From assembly GCA_963700715.1 (NCBI GenBank), contig CAVOYP010000011.1:8349-72348 (forward strand): a DNA stretch of 64,000 nucleotides, read 5' to 3'. This stretch comes from an uncultured Gammaproteobacteria bacterium (GTDB taxonomy: Bacteria > Pseudomonadota > Gammaproteobacteria > Pseudomonadales > Halieaceae). The notes below the pieces were generated by a model. That model was not told where the DNA came from. It did no database searches and saw only the letters and a program-made list of their open reading frames with translations. Made by a program: the position numbers and the translations under genes. Below, piece after piece: positions 9,657 to 18,690 of this stretch; the stretch's first letter is position 1, and every line of letters begins with the position of its first letter.

Positions 9657-11069
9657 TTACTCGTCGGGCAGGTGCACCTCCTTCAGCTTGCGCGTCAGGG
9701 TGTTGCGGCCCCAGCCCAGCAACTCGGCGGCGTCGCGTTTGCGACCCTGGGTATGCTGCAGGGCGACGTCGATCATTACCTGCTCGAATGCGGGCAGCGC
9801 CTCACGCAGGATCTGCTCCTTGCCCTGGAGCAATTGGTTGCGGGCCCAGCGGGATAACATGTCGCGCCAGTCGGACTCACCCTGGGGGCTGGCTCGCACC
9901 GAGGCCTTGCCGAGCTCCGGCGGCAGGTCCCGCAGGTGTATCTCGCGGCCACTGGCCATCACCGTAATCCAGCGGCAGGTATTTTCCAGCTGGCGGACAT
10001 TGCCGGGCCAGTCCAGGCCGCAGAGGAACTCCAGGGTTTGCGGTAACAGGATCTTGGTGTCGCCGCCCAATTCCTCCGCCGCGCGTTGCAGGAAATATTG
10101 CATCAGGCGGGGAATGTCCTCGCGTCGTTCCGACAGCTTGGGTATGTGGATGCGGATGACGTTCAGGCGGTGGAACAGGTCCTCCCGGAATTCGCCCCGC
10201 TCCACCAGCGCTTCCAGGTCCTGGTGGGTGGCCGCGATGATGCGCACGTTGGCGTGTACCGGCAGGTGGCCTCCCACCCGGTAGAACTGCCCGTCCGCAA
10301 GCACCCGCAGCAGGCGGGTCTGGGTTTCAGCCGGCATGTCGCCGATCTCGTCCAGGAACAGGGTGCCGCCATCCGCCTGCTCGAAGCGGCCCGTGCGCCG
10401 GGTGTTGGCGCCGGTGAATGCTCCCTTCTCGTGGCCGAACAATTCCGACTCCAGCAGGTCCTTGGGAATCGCCGCCATATTCAGGGCGATGAAGGGGTTC
10501 TGGGAGCGCGGGCTGTGGCGGTGCAGCGCCCGTGCCACCAACTCCTTGCCGGTGCCGGATTCGCCATTGATCAGGACCGTGATATTGCTGTGGGCGAGCC
10601 TGCCTATGGCGCGAAATACCTCTTGCATCGCCGGGGCTTCGCCAATGATTTCGGTCTCCGGCACCTGCTCCGGGGCGGGAGAGTCCCCTCGCTTCTCCCG
10701 GGCCTGGCTGAGCGCCCGCTCGGTGATCGCCACCACCTCGTCGATGTCGAAGGGTTTGGGCAGGTACTCGAAGGCCCCGCGCTGGTAGGAGGCCACGGCG
10801 CTGTCGAGGTCCGAGTGCGCGGTGGTAATGATGACCGGCAACTCCGGGTGCTCTTCGGTGATCATCGACAGCAATTGCAGGCCGTCAGTGCCGGGCATGC
10901 GGATATCGCTGATGATGACGTCGGGCTGCTCGGTTTTCATGCGCTGCAGCATGTGGTCGCCATCGGCGAAGCTTTCGTTATCGATTCCGGCCTGGTTGAG
11001 GGCGCGCTCCAGCACCCAGCGGATGGAGCTGTCGTCGTCCACAACCCAGACCTTTGAATGTCTAGCCAT
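9657..11069 (-). CDS. ntrC: Nitrogen regulation protein NR(I), sigma54-dependent response regulator NtrC
   Basis: Receiver domain (VWVVDDDSSIRWVLERAL), AAA+ sigma54 activator domain (GESGTGKELVARALH, GAFTGA) and a C-terminal Fis-type HTH. It lies directly downstream of ntrB. Confidence 0.93.
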   Translation of the reverse strand: MARHSKVWVVDDDSSIRWVLERALNQAGIDNESFADGDHMLQRMKTEQPDVIISDIRMPGTDGLQLLSMITEEHPELPVIITTAHSDLDSAVASYQRGAFEYLPKPFDIDEVVAITERALSQAREKRGDSPAPEQVPETEIIGEAPAMQEVFRAIGRLAHSNITVLINGESGTGKELVARALHRHSPRSQNPFIALNMAAIPKDLLESELFGHEKGAFTGANTRRTGRFEQADGGTLFLDEIGDMPAETQTRLLRVLADGQFYRVGGHLPVHANVRIIAATHQDLEALVERGEFREDLFHRLNVIRIHIPKLSERREDIPRLMQYFLQRAAEELGGDTKILLPQTLEFLCGLDWPGNVRQLENTCRWITVMASGREIHLRDLPPELGKASVRASPQGESDWRDMLSRWARNQLLQGKEQILREALPAFEQVMIDVALQHTQGRKRDAAELLGWGRNTLTRKLKEVHLPDE

Positions 11070-11070
11070 C

Positions 11071-12120
11071 TTATTTTCCTATTGGTAAATACAGTGTGAA
11101 GCGAGTGTTTCCTGGCTGGCTTTCGCACTCCAGCAAGCCGCCGTGGTGGTTGATCACCGACTGGGCGATGGCGAGCCCGAGGCCCGTACCCTCCGCCCTG
11201 CCAGTGACCATCGGCACAAATAGGGCGTGTTCAATCTCCCGGGGAACACCCGGGCCGTTGTCGATAATGTCGACCTGGCAGACCAGCCTGTGCAATTGTG
11301 CGCCGATGGTGAACTGGCGGCGCGAGCGGGTGCGCAGGGTGATCACGCAGGCCTGGGCGTCTGTTGCCGCCTGCAGGGCGTTGCGCATGATATTCAGGAC
11401 GACCTGGATCATCTGGGTGCGGTCGCCGGGTATCTCCGGCAGGCTGGGGTCGTAGTCCCGGATGAAGCTGACTGTGTTGTCCGACTCTGCCAGGATCAGG
11501 TTGCGCACATGCTCGAGCACTTCGTGGATATTGAGGGGCTCCAGCTGCAGCTGCTGGGCCGGCCCCAGCAGGCGGTCAACCAGGTCGCGCAAGCGGTCAG
11601 CCTCGCGGATGATGACCCGGGTGTACTCCGCCAGGTCCTCATTGGGAAGCTCTCTTGCCAGCAACTGCGCGGCGCCGCGCACACCACCCAGGGGGTTCTT
11701 GATTTCATGGGCCAACCCGCGGATGACTGCCCGCGTGGTTTCCTGGGCGTGCAACAGACCCTCCTCCCGGCTGATTTTCAGCAGGCGATCGACCGGCAAG
11801 AGCTCCACCAACAGGCGGGGGTCGTGCTCGCTCTCCACCGGGGTGATGATGAGATCGACGTGGATTTCATGCCCCGTGTGCAGGGTCAGCGGCATGCCGC
11901 GCCGCGTCAGGGGGTTTTTACTGCGCATGACCTGGTTCAGATTGGCCAGCCACTCTCCCGGGTCCAGCACCAGCTGCCGGGCGTGCACTCCCAGACAGCG
12001 TGCCGCCGAAGTCTTCAGCAGGGCCTCGCCCGCCGCGTTCAGGCTGGTGATCCGCAGGTCGCCATCCAGCCCCAGTACCCCGGTGCTGATGTTGTCCAGA
12101 ATGTCCTGGCCCTGCTCCAT
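11071..12120 (-). CDS. ntrB: Nitrogen regulation sensor histidine kinase NtrB
   Basis: PAS-like N-terminus, H-box (GLAHEIKNPLGG) and N/G boxes (NIMRNALQA, DNGPGVP, GTGLGLA). Start taken at the internal ATG 12120 (MEQGQDILDNISTGVL); the track ORF extends to 12222. Confidence 0.9.
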   Translation of the reverse strand: MEQGQDILDNISTGVLGLDGDLRITSLNAAGEALLKTSAARCLGVHARQLVLDPGEWLANLNQVMRSKNPLTRRGMPLTLHTGHEIHVDLIITPVESEHDPRLLVELLPVDRLLKISREEGLLHAQETTRAVIRGLAHEIKNPLGGVRGAAQLLARELPNEDLAEYTRVIIREADRLRDLVDRLLGPAQQLQLEPLNIHEVLEHVRNLILAESDNTVSFIRDYDPSLPEIPGDRTQMIQVVLNIMRNALQAATDAQACVITLRTRSRRQFTIGAQLHRLVCQVDIIDNGPGVPREIEHALFVPMVTGRAEGTGLGLAIAQSVINHHGGLLECESQPGNTRFTLYLPIGK

Positions 12121-12329
12121 TATCGCCCCATATTTGAGCGCTCCCGCGCCATCATCCCTATAGCCAGCAAAAATAGCGCCAAAAGATGGGCTCAGCTGAA
12201 ATAAAGCCACGTCAACTGGCATTACTGGGCTTTAGGGTAAGTAAGTGCCCACATATTGGCTGTTCTCCCGGGCGAGGTGGTGCCCGGGGGCCGGCAGCAA
12301 GGCAGGTGAAACCCGGTTCGCGACAGTGC

Positions 12330-12344
12330 GCACCATTATGGTGC
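12330..12344. promoter_or_regulatory. Candidate NtrC-binding palindrome GCACCA-TTA-TGGTGC upstream of ntrB
   Basis: Perfect inverted repeat matching the core of the NtrC consensus TGCACCA-N3-TGGTGCA. It sits between the DUF4124 stop and the ntrB start. Confidence 0.55.
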
Positions 12345-12381
12345 GGTAGTGCGCGAAGGGTCCAGCTTTTATTGTGTTGGG

Positions 12382-12948
12382 CTAACGGGGAGTGGGTCGC
12401 GGCGGGGGTCCTGGCCGTACCCTGTTGGGGGAGTTGACCGAGGGGCGCAGGACATAAACCCGAACCGCTGCGGACTCCGCCAGCCGCTCGCCCTTGCTGT
12501 CGACGACAGCTACGGTGAGGTCATGGGCGCCGCGGAAGACATTGGTGAGGGCCCAGGTGCCGCCCGCCTGGGGCTCGCCGGAGGGGGTGCCGTCTATATA
12601 CAGCTGCAGCAGCGCCCCCGACTGCAGGGCTGGTTCAACCGCTGCGCTGACCGAGAAGTTGCCGGGGCCCATCGCAATGGTGGTTTCGTTGTCAGGGGAC
12701 GTGATGGCCACGCTGTAGGCCACCGCGGCTTCTTCTTGCGCCGCGGCGTCGGGTTCAGGCTCCAGGGGCTCTATGACAGCGGGCGCCGGGGTGCGGTTGG
12801 TCTGCCGCACCTCGATCTGTTCCGACGGCCCGCTGCTCGGGGGCGTATCGGAAAAAGTCACATTGCCTTGTTCGTCGACGGATCTGAAAATTTGCGCGGC
12901 GGCGAGCTGCGGCAGCAAAACCAGCAGGCACAGCATCAGGTTTCTCAT
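12382..12948 (-). CDS. DUF4124-domain secreted protein
   Basis: Signal peptide (MRNLMLCLLVLLPQLAAA), then IFRSVDEQGNVTFSDTPP, the DUF4124 signature. It occupies the conserved position between glnA and ntrB. The start is uncertain (12948 or 12960). Confidence 0.7.
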   Translation of the reverse strand: MRNLMLCLLVLLPQLAAAQIFRSVDEQGNVTFSDTPPSSGPSEQIEVRQTNRTPAPAVIEPLEPEPDAAAQEEAAVAYSVAITSPDNETTIAMGPGNFSVSAAVEPALQSGALLQLYIDGTPSGEPQAGGTWALTNVFRGAHDLTVAVVDSKGERLAESAAVRVYVLRPSVNSPNRVRPGPPPRPTPR

Positions 12949-13011
12949 GGCTGTCAGCATAATTCCCCCATCCGGAATGCACACCCTAGCAGATAATACC
13001 GGATATAAAAA

Positions 13012-13038
13012 AGCCCGCTTGAAAAAGCGGGCTTTTTT
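13012..13038 (-). terminator. Rho-independent terminator downstream of glnA
   Basis: Stem agcccgctt / aagcgggct with loop gaaa, flanked by A-run and T-run. On the minus strand the hairpin is followed by TTTTTTAT. Confidence 0.8.
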
Positions 13039-13058
13039 CGCTGCAAGGGCCGGGGCGC

Positions 13059-14468
13059 TTACAGGGAGTAGTACATCTCGAACTCGATGGGGTGAGTCGT
13101 CATGTTCAGGCGCTGGATCTCGCCGCGCTTCAGCTCGATGTAAGCGTCGATCATCGCGTCGGAGAATACGCCGCCGGCGGTGAGGAAGCCGCGGTCCGCC
13201 TCCAGGGCATCCAGTGACATTTCCAGGCTGGACGAGACCGTGGGGATGAGCTTGCCTTCCTCGGGGGGCAGGTCATACAGGTCCTTGTCGGCGGGCTCGC
13301 CCGGGTGGATCTTGTTCTGGATACCGTCCAGGCCAGCCATCATCATGGCCGCGAAGGCCAGGTAGGGGTTGCCGGTGGGATCGGGGAAGCGAACCTCGAC
13401 CCGCTTGCCCCTGGGGTTGGGCTCGTACGGGATCCGGATCGAGGCGGAGCGGTTGCGGGCCGAGTAGGCCAGCATCACCGGCGCTTCGAAACCCGGTACC
13501 AGGCGCTTGTAGGAGTTGGTGGACGGGTTGGTGAACGCGTTCAGGGCCCGGGCGTGCTTGATGATGCCGCCGATATAAAACAGGGCGGTCTCCGACAGGC
13601 CGGCGTAGCCGTCTCCGGCAAACAGGTTCTTGCCGTCTTTGGCGATGGACTGGTGCACGTGCATACCGGAACCGTTGTCACCCACGATCGGCTTGGGCAT
13701 GAAGGTAGCGGTCTTGCCGTAGGCGTGGGCCACGTTGTGAACGCAGTACTTGAGGATCTGCACCTCGTCGGCCTTCTTGATCATGGTATTGAAGCGGACG
13801 CCGATCTCGCACTGGCCGGCAGTGGCCACCTCGTGGTGATGCACCTCGATATCGAGGCCCATCTGCTCCATGGCGGTACACATGGCCGCACGGATATCGT
13901 GCAGGGAATCTACCGGCGGTACCGGGAAGTAACCTCCCTTCACGCCAGGGCGGTGCCCGGTGTTGCCTTCATCGTATTCGTGGTTCGAGGACCAGGCCGC
14001 TTCCTGGGAGGAAATCTTGCAGACGGCGCCGCTCATGTCGATCTGCCACTTGACGTCGTCGAAGATAAAAAACTCGGGCTCCGGGCCGAAGAAGGCGGTG
14101 TCGCCGATACCGGTCGACTTCAGGTACTCTTCGGCGCGCTGGGCGACGGAGCGCGGGTCGCGGTCGTAGCCAAGCATGGTGGTGGGCTCGAGCACGTTGC
14201 AGCGCAGGATGACGGTTGCGTCGTCGGTAAAGGGGTCGAGCACGGCACTGCTGTCGTCCGGCATCAGCACCATGTCGGAGTCGTTGATGCCTTTCCAGCC
14301 CGCGATGGAGGAGCCGTCAAACATCTTGCCGATCTCAAAAAACTCCTCTTTGAGGACTTCTTTCGAGGGGATGGTGACGTGCTGCTCTTTGCCGCGGGTA
14401 TCGGTAAAGCGCAGGTCCACCCAGCGCGCTTCGTTCTCTTTTATCAGGTTCAGAGTTTTCTCTGACAT
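13059..14468 (-). CDS. glnA: Glutamine synthetase type I
   Basis: [30 protein letters not shown]..., 469 aa, with the adenylylation-site region [16 protein letters not shown]. Start at the internal ATG 14468. Confidence 0.95.
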   Translation of the reverse strand: MSEKTLNLIKENEARWVDLRFTDTRGKEQHVTIPSKEVLKEEFFEIGKMFDGSSIAGWKGINDSDMVLMPDDSSAVLDPFTDDATVILRCNVLEPTTMLGYDRDPRSVAQRAEEYLKSTGIGDTAFFGPEPEFFIFDDVKWQIDMSGAVCKISSQEAAWSSNHEYDEGNTGHRPGVKGGYFPVPPVDSLHDIRAAMCTAMEQMGLDIEVHHHEVATAGQCEIGVRFNTMIKKADEVQILKYCVHNVAHAYGKTATFMPKPIVGDNGSGMHVHQSIAKDGKNLFAGDGYAGLSETALFYIGGIIKHARALNAFTNPSTNSYKRLVPGFEAPVMLAYSARNRSASIRIPYEPNPRGKRVEVRFPDPTGNPYLAFAAMMMAGLDGIQNKIHPGEPADKDLYDLPPEEGKLIPTVSSSLEMSLDALEADRGFLTAGGVFSDAMIDAYIELKRGEIQRLNMTTHPIEFEMYYSL

Positions 14469-14574
14469 CGCAAATTCCTCCATGGGATAGTAATCGGGCC
14501 AGCCGGACTGGCCTGTGTTCTCTGCTCTGGTCGCAGCGGGCAGTGACCAGATGGTCAAGGCAGTTTCAGTAAGA

Positions 14575-14589
14575 GCAAGAGCTGTGCCA
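14575..14589 (-). promoter_or_regulatory. Sigma54 (-24/-12) promoter of glnA
   Basis: The minus strand reads TGGCAC-AGCTC-TTGC, an exact match to TGGCAC-N5-TTGC, about 105 nt upstream of the glnA ATG. Confidence 0.8.
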
Positions 14590-14651
14590 ACAAAGAGCTG
14601 ATGCTAACTGGCTAAAAACAAAAGCATTTTCATCAGTGAATATCTTGATCG

Positions 14652-14698
14652 CTGCACCGGTGCACCCAAAAAGTGCGTTGATGCACTATCTTGGTGCG
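14652..14698. promoter_or_regulatory. NtrC enhancer sites upstream of glnA
   Basis: TGCACTATCTTGGTGCG (14682-14698) and TGCACCCAAAAAGTGCG (14661-14677), plus an overlapping TGCACCGGTGCA. These lie about 80-125 bp upstream of the sigma54 element, as in enteric glnAp2. Confidence 0.65.
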
Positions 14699-14905
14699 CG
14701 TCATGGCGACAGAATCCAGCAACACGCCTGGGCTGTAGAAAACCCTGCCTTGCACCCCTGTAACAGTCGACGCGACGTTATGATGCCTGTGAAAATTAAT
14801 GTCAAGCATTTCTCCCAAATCGCCACCGGGAGCAAGCCTGTGCTTGCACACTAAGGTATAATCCGCGCCTTTTTTGTATGGGCAGCGCCGCCCAGAGGTA
14901 ACCCC

Positions 14906-16717
14906 TTGATCGACAAGCTTCGCAATATCGCCATCATCGCCCACGTAGACCATGGCAAAACCACCCTGGTGGACTGCCTGCTGCAGCAATCGGGCACCCT
15001 GGACCGACGCTCCGAGGGGTCCGAGCGCATCATGGACTCCAACGACCAGGAGCGTGAGCGCGGTATTACCATCCTGGCCAAGAACACGGCCATCGAATGG
15101 AATGGCTACCATATCAACATCGTGGACACCCCCGGCCATGCCGATTTTGGCGGTGAGGTCGAGCGGGTATTGTCGATGGTGGACTCGGTGCTGCTGCTGG
15201 TGGACGCCGTTGACGGCCCCATGCCGCAGACCCGGTTTGTGACCTCCAAGGCCTTCGAGCAGGGCCTGAACCCGATTGTGGTAATCAACAAGATCGACCG
15301 CCCCGGGGCGCGCCCGGATTGGGTGGTGGACCAGGTGTTCGACCTGTTCGACCGCCTGGGCGCGACCGAGCAGCAGCTGGACTTCCCGGTGATCTACACC
15401 TCCGCTATCCAGGGCATCGCCGGGCTCGAGCACGAGAAAATGGCGACTGACATGCAGCCCCTGTTCGAGACCGTGGTGGAAAAAGTGCCGGCGCCAAAGG
15501 TGAACTCCGACGGGCCCCTGCAGATGCAGATCAGTGCGCTGGACTACAGCAGTTACGTGGGCGTAATCGGCATCGGGCGCATCACCCGTGGCAAGCTCGC
15601 GCCCAATACCCAGGTCATGGTGGTGGATCCGCAGGGCGCCACCCGCAAGGGCAGGGTATTGCAGGTGATGGGTTACCTCGGGCTGGAGCGGCTGGATATC
15701 GACTCCGCCGAGGCCGGTGACATCGTCTGCATCACCGGTATCGAGGGGCTGAATATCTCCGACACCCTGTGCGACCCAACGGCAGTGGAGGCCCTGCCAC
15801 CGCTGTCGGTGGATGAGCCCACGGTGAGCATGACCTTCCAGGTCAACGATTCGCCCTTCGCCGGTCGCGAGGGCAAGTATGTCACCTCGCGCAACATCAA
15901 GGAGCGGCTCGAACGGGAGCTGATCCACAACGTCGCGTTGCGGGTGGAGCCGGGTGATAGCCCCGACAAGTTCAAGGTGTCCGGTCGGGGTGAATTGCAC
16001 CTGTCCGTGCTGATCGAGAACATGCGCCGCGAGGGTTTCGAGCTGGGCGTATCCCGGCCGGAAGTAATCCAGAAGGAAATCGACGGCAAGATGCACGAGC
16101 CCTTCGAACAGCTGGTGATTGACTGCGAGGAGCAGCACCAGGGCGCGGTGATGGAGGAACTGGGGCTGCGCCGGGCGGAGCTGGAAAATATGGTGCCCGA
16201 CGGCAAGGGCCGGATCCGGCTGGAATTCATGGTTCCCGCCAGGGGCCTGATCGGCTTTCGCTCCATGTTTCTCACCATGACTTCCGGCTCCGGCATCATG
16301 ACCCACGTGTTCGACCATTACGGCCCGGTCAAGCATGCCGAAATCGCCGGGCGAGCCAACGGCGTACTGGTGTCCATGGTCAAGGGCAAGACCCTGGGCT
16401 ACTCAATATTCAACCTGCAGGACCGGGGGCGTATGTTCATCCAGCCCAACGTGGACGTGTACGAGGGCCAGATCATCGGCCTGCACAGCCGCAATAACGA
16501 TCTTGCGGTCAATCCCACCAAGGGCAAGCAGCTCACCAACATCCGGGCATCCGGTACCGACGAGGCGCTGACCCTTACACCGCCTGTGCGCCACACCCTG
16601 GAACAGGCGCTGGAATTCATCGAGGAGGATGAGCTGGTGGAAGTGACCCCCCAGAGCATTCGCCTGCGCAAGAAACTGTTGCAGGAGCACGAGCGGCGCC
16701 GGGCCGATCGCGGCTAG
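14906..16717 (+). CDS. typA: Translational GTPase TypA/BipA
   Basis: [23 protein letters not shown]..., 603 aa. TTG start preceded by AGAGG. Confidence 0.95.
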   Translation: MIDKLRNIAIIAHVDHGKTTLVDCLLQQSGTLDRRSEGSERIMDSNDQERERGITILAKNTAIEWNGYHINIVDTPGHADFGGEVERVLSMVDSVLLLVDAVDGPMPQTRFVTSKAFEQGLNPIVVINKIDRPGARPDWVVDQVFDLFDRLGATEQQLDFPVIYTSAIQGIAGLEHEKMATDMQPLFETVVEKVPAPKVNSDGPLQMQISALDYSSYVGVIGIGRITRGKLAPNTQVMVVDPQGATRKGRVLQVMGYLGLERLDIDSAEAGDIVCITGIEGLNISDTLCDPTAVEALPPLSVDEPTVSMTFQVNDSPFAGREGKYVTSRNIKERLERELIHNVALRVEPGDSPDKFKVSGRGELHLSVLIENMRREGFELGVSRPEVIQKEIDGKMHEPFEQLVIDCEEQHQGAVMEELGLRRAELENMVPDGKGRIRLEFMVPARGLIGFRSMFLTMTSGSGIMTHVFDHYGPVKHAEIAGRANGVLVSMVKGKTLGYSIFNLQDRGRMFIQPNVDVYEGQIIGLHSRNNDLAVNPTKGKQLTNIRASGTDEALTLTPPVRHTLEQALEFIEEDELVEVTPQSIRLRKKLLQEHERRRADRG

Positions 16718-16718
16718 G

Positions 16719-17159
16719 GTGAAGGCGCTGCTGCAGCGGGTAAGCCGCGCCAGTGTCACCGTGGGTGGTGAGCTCGTGGGAGAAATTGGTGGCGGCCTGC
16801 TGGTATTACTGGGCCTGGATCGGGGCGATGATCCGCCCACCGCTGACCGGATGCTGGACAGGATCCTGGGCTACCGCCTGTTTGCCGACGCGGAGGGTCG
16901 CATGAACCGGAGCGTTGCCGACGTCAACGGGGGCGTGCTGCTGGTATCCCAGTTCACGCTGTCGGCGGATACCGCCAGGGGCCTGCGGCCCAGCTTCTCC
17001 AGGGCGCTGGCGCCGGCGCAGGCGGAGCCACTGTACGATTATATGCTGCAGGGTCTGCGGCGACGGCATGCAACGGTTGCCGCGGGCGTGTTCGGCGCGG
17101 ATATGCAGGTTAGCCTCACCAATGACGGGCCCGTTACTATCCTGCTCGAATCAGGCTGA
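16719..17159 (+). CDS. dtd: D-aminoacyl-tRNA deacylase
   Basis: MKALLQRVSRASVTV...GGLLVLLG...LLVSQFTL...GLRPSF...NDGPVTILLES. GTG start 2 nt after the typA stop. Confidence 0.9.
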   Translation: MKALLQRVSRASVTVGGELVGEIGGGLLVLLGLDRGDDPPTADRMLDRILGYRLFADAEGRMNRSVADVNGGVLLVSQFTLSADTARGLRPSFSRALAPAQAEPLYDYMLQGLRRRHATVAAGVFGADMQVSLTNDGPVTILLESG

Positions 17160-17606
17160 ACCCACGTACACCATCTGCACGTGCGGTATGCCGTCCTCGC
17201 TGGATACATCGCCGTCGGCGACAAACCCCAGGTCCGTGTAGTAAGCCTCGAGGTAGGCCTGTGCGTTGATGCGGATGCCCTGGCCCGGCCAGCGGCCGAG
17301 GTTATGGCTGATGCCGCGCCGCACCAGTTCCCTGCCTAGCTGCCTGCCGCGCGCGTGTGCGCTGACGACGACGCGACCCAGAGCGCTTTCCGGGTAGTGC
17401 GCGGCGGGAGCGAGGCAGCGCTGGTAGGCCACCAGTCTGCCCTCCTGCCAGCACAGCATATGTATGGCGCCCTGGTCGAGGTTGTCGAGGTCGAGGTAGG
17501 CGCAGTTCTGTTCAACCGCAAACACCTCCTGCCGCAAGCGCAGGGCGGCGTAGAGCCGGGAGGTATCCAGCCCGGCAAAATCACAGGTCTGCCAAAGGTA
17601 ATCCAT
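17151..17606 (-). CDS. elaA: GNAT family N-acetyltransferase, ElaA-like
   Basis: LYAALRLRQEVFAVEQNCAYLDLD...GRVVVSAHARGRQLGRELV...EDGIPHVQMV resembles E. coli ElaA along its whole length. Confidence 0.75.
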   Translation of the reverse strand: MDYLWQTCDFAGLDTSRLYAALRLRQEVFAVEQNCAYLDLDNLDQGAIHMLCWQEGRLVAYQRCLAPAAHYPESALGRVVVSAHARGRQLGRELVRRGISHNLGRWPGQGIRINAQAYLEAYYTDLGFVADGDVSSEDGIPHVQMVYVGSA

Positions 17607-17784
17607 CGGATGCCGCTTCCTTCTGACAAAAGTCGGGCGAGTCGTTCTCCGCCGCCGGTTTAGTTGCTAATATAGGTCCGAAACAGCGGCGGGAAAAGAA
17701 AATCACCCTCTCCCGAGCTGCAATAACAGGGTGCAATTCCCGGTAAGCTGGCTGCGCCGGCATGTATCGGACAGGGGTTTGGCG

Positions 17785-18600
17785 ATGTTGGCCGATGTGG
17801 AACTCGAGCAGGATTTTACAGTACTTACCCGCCAGTATCGCGAGCTGATCGATTCGCTGCTTGCCGTGGTCGCGATCCCGGGTACGCCGGTGGAAGTGGC
17901 GCCGATCGCCGAGGGCAATTTCCGCGGCTACGACGGCAACCAGTTCTACGTGGTACAGCGCGGGTCCATCGGCGCCTACTACAAGGGCAAAGCCGTTTTC
18001 TCCCTGGAGGAAGGCGATATTCTGCTGCCGGATGTCGCTGGCAGCAGTGACATCCAGAGCGCGGTCCACTATCGCAGCATCGCCGGTGCGAGGCTGCACA
18101 GCTACCCGGCCCTGGAGTTCATGCGGCGCGTGTTCAGTGAACCTACGGCCGTCCGCCTGTGGAGCCGGGTCCTGGTAACTTATGCCGGGCTGATGCTGCG
18201 TATCACCGCTGCCTGCGTGCCCGAAGAGGCGCCGGCTACTCCCGGCTACGAGGATTACGCACCGGGAGACATAATAATCCGCCAGGGCGACCGGGCGGAT
18301 TATGTCTTCAATATGTCCAGCGGCGTGGCCGAGGTCCTGGTAGATGATGTTACCGTCGGGCGGATTGGCGAGGGCGAGATATTCGGCGCCATGGCGGCGC
18401 TCACCCACGCTGATCGCAGTGCCACCGTGCGCGCCAAGACCGCGTGCTCGGTGGTAAAGGTCCCCAAGGAACAGTTTACCGAACTCATCAAGAGTAACCC
18501 GGCCACCATCCATAGCCTGCTCGTCGACATGGCTAACTCCATTGTCAATCTCAACGAGCAGCTGGTGGGTCTTCGCGGCAGCAGCCCCGGTGTGACCTGA
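17785..18600 (+). CDS. Cyclic-nucleotide-binding domain protein (degenerate plus canonical CNB domains, no obvious output domain)
   Basis: C-terminal half: YAPGDIIIRQGDRADYVFNMSSG...GEGEIFGAMAALTHADRSATVRA. Start uncertain (17731 or 17785). Confidence 0.7.
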   Translation: MLADVELEQDFTVLTRQYRELIDSLLAVVAIPGTPVEVAPIAEGNFRGYDGNQFYVVQRGSIGAYYKGKAVFSLEEGDILLPDVAGSSDIQSAVHYRSIAGARLHSYPALEFMRRVFSEPTAVRLWSRVLVTYAGLMLRITAACVPEEAPATPGYEDYAPGDIIIRQGDRADYVFNMSSGVAEVLVDDVTVGRIGEGEIFGAMAALTHADRSATVRAKTACSVVKVPKEQFTELIKSNPATIHSLLVDMANSIVNLNEQLVGLRGSSPGVT

Positions 18601-18690
18601 ACCGGTGCTGGCGGCGCCAGCACTGCGGCAACATTCTTTACCTCCGGGCAGCATCCCCCAGTTAATTTAACCAGGACAGGCCAGTACCTA

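Noticed and set aside
14633-16336. Very long antisense ORFs opposite well-supported genes: 14633..16336 opposite typA, 18688..20862 opposite parC, 1945..3687 and 3884..5713 opposite the RND genes, 39454..41034 opposite pntAA, 25796..26998 opposite efp/epmA, 53023..54558 opposite argS, and 47875..49239 opposite ubiB.
   Set aside because: Their translations are Arg/Gly/Ala/His/Pro-rich with no recognisable motifs. High GC suppresses stop codons in non-coding frames, and the opposite strand carries unmistakable conserved proteins in every case.
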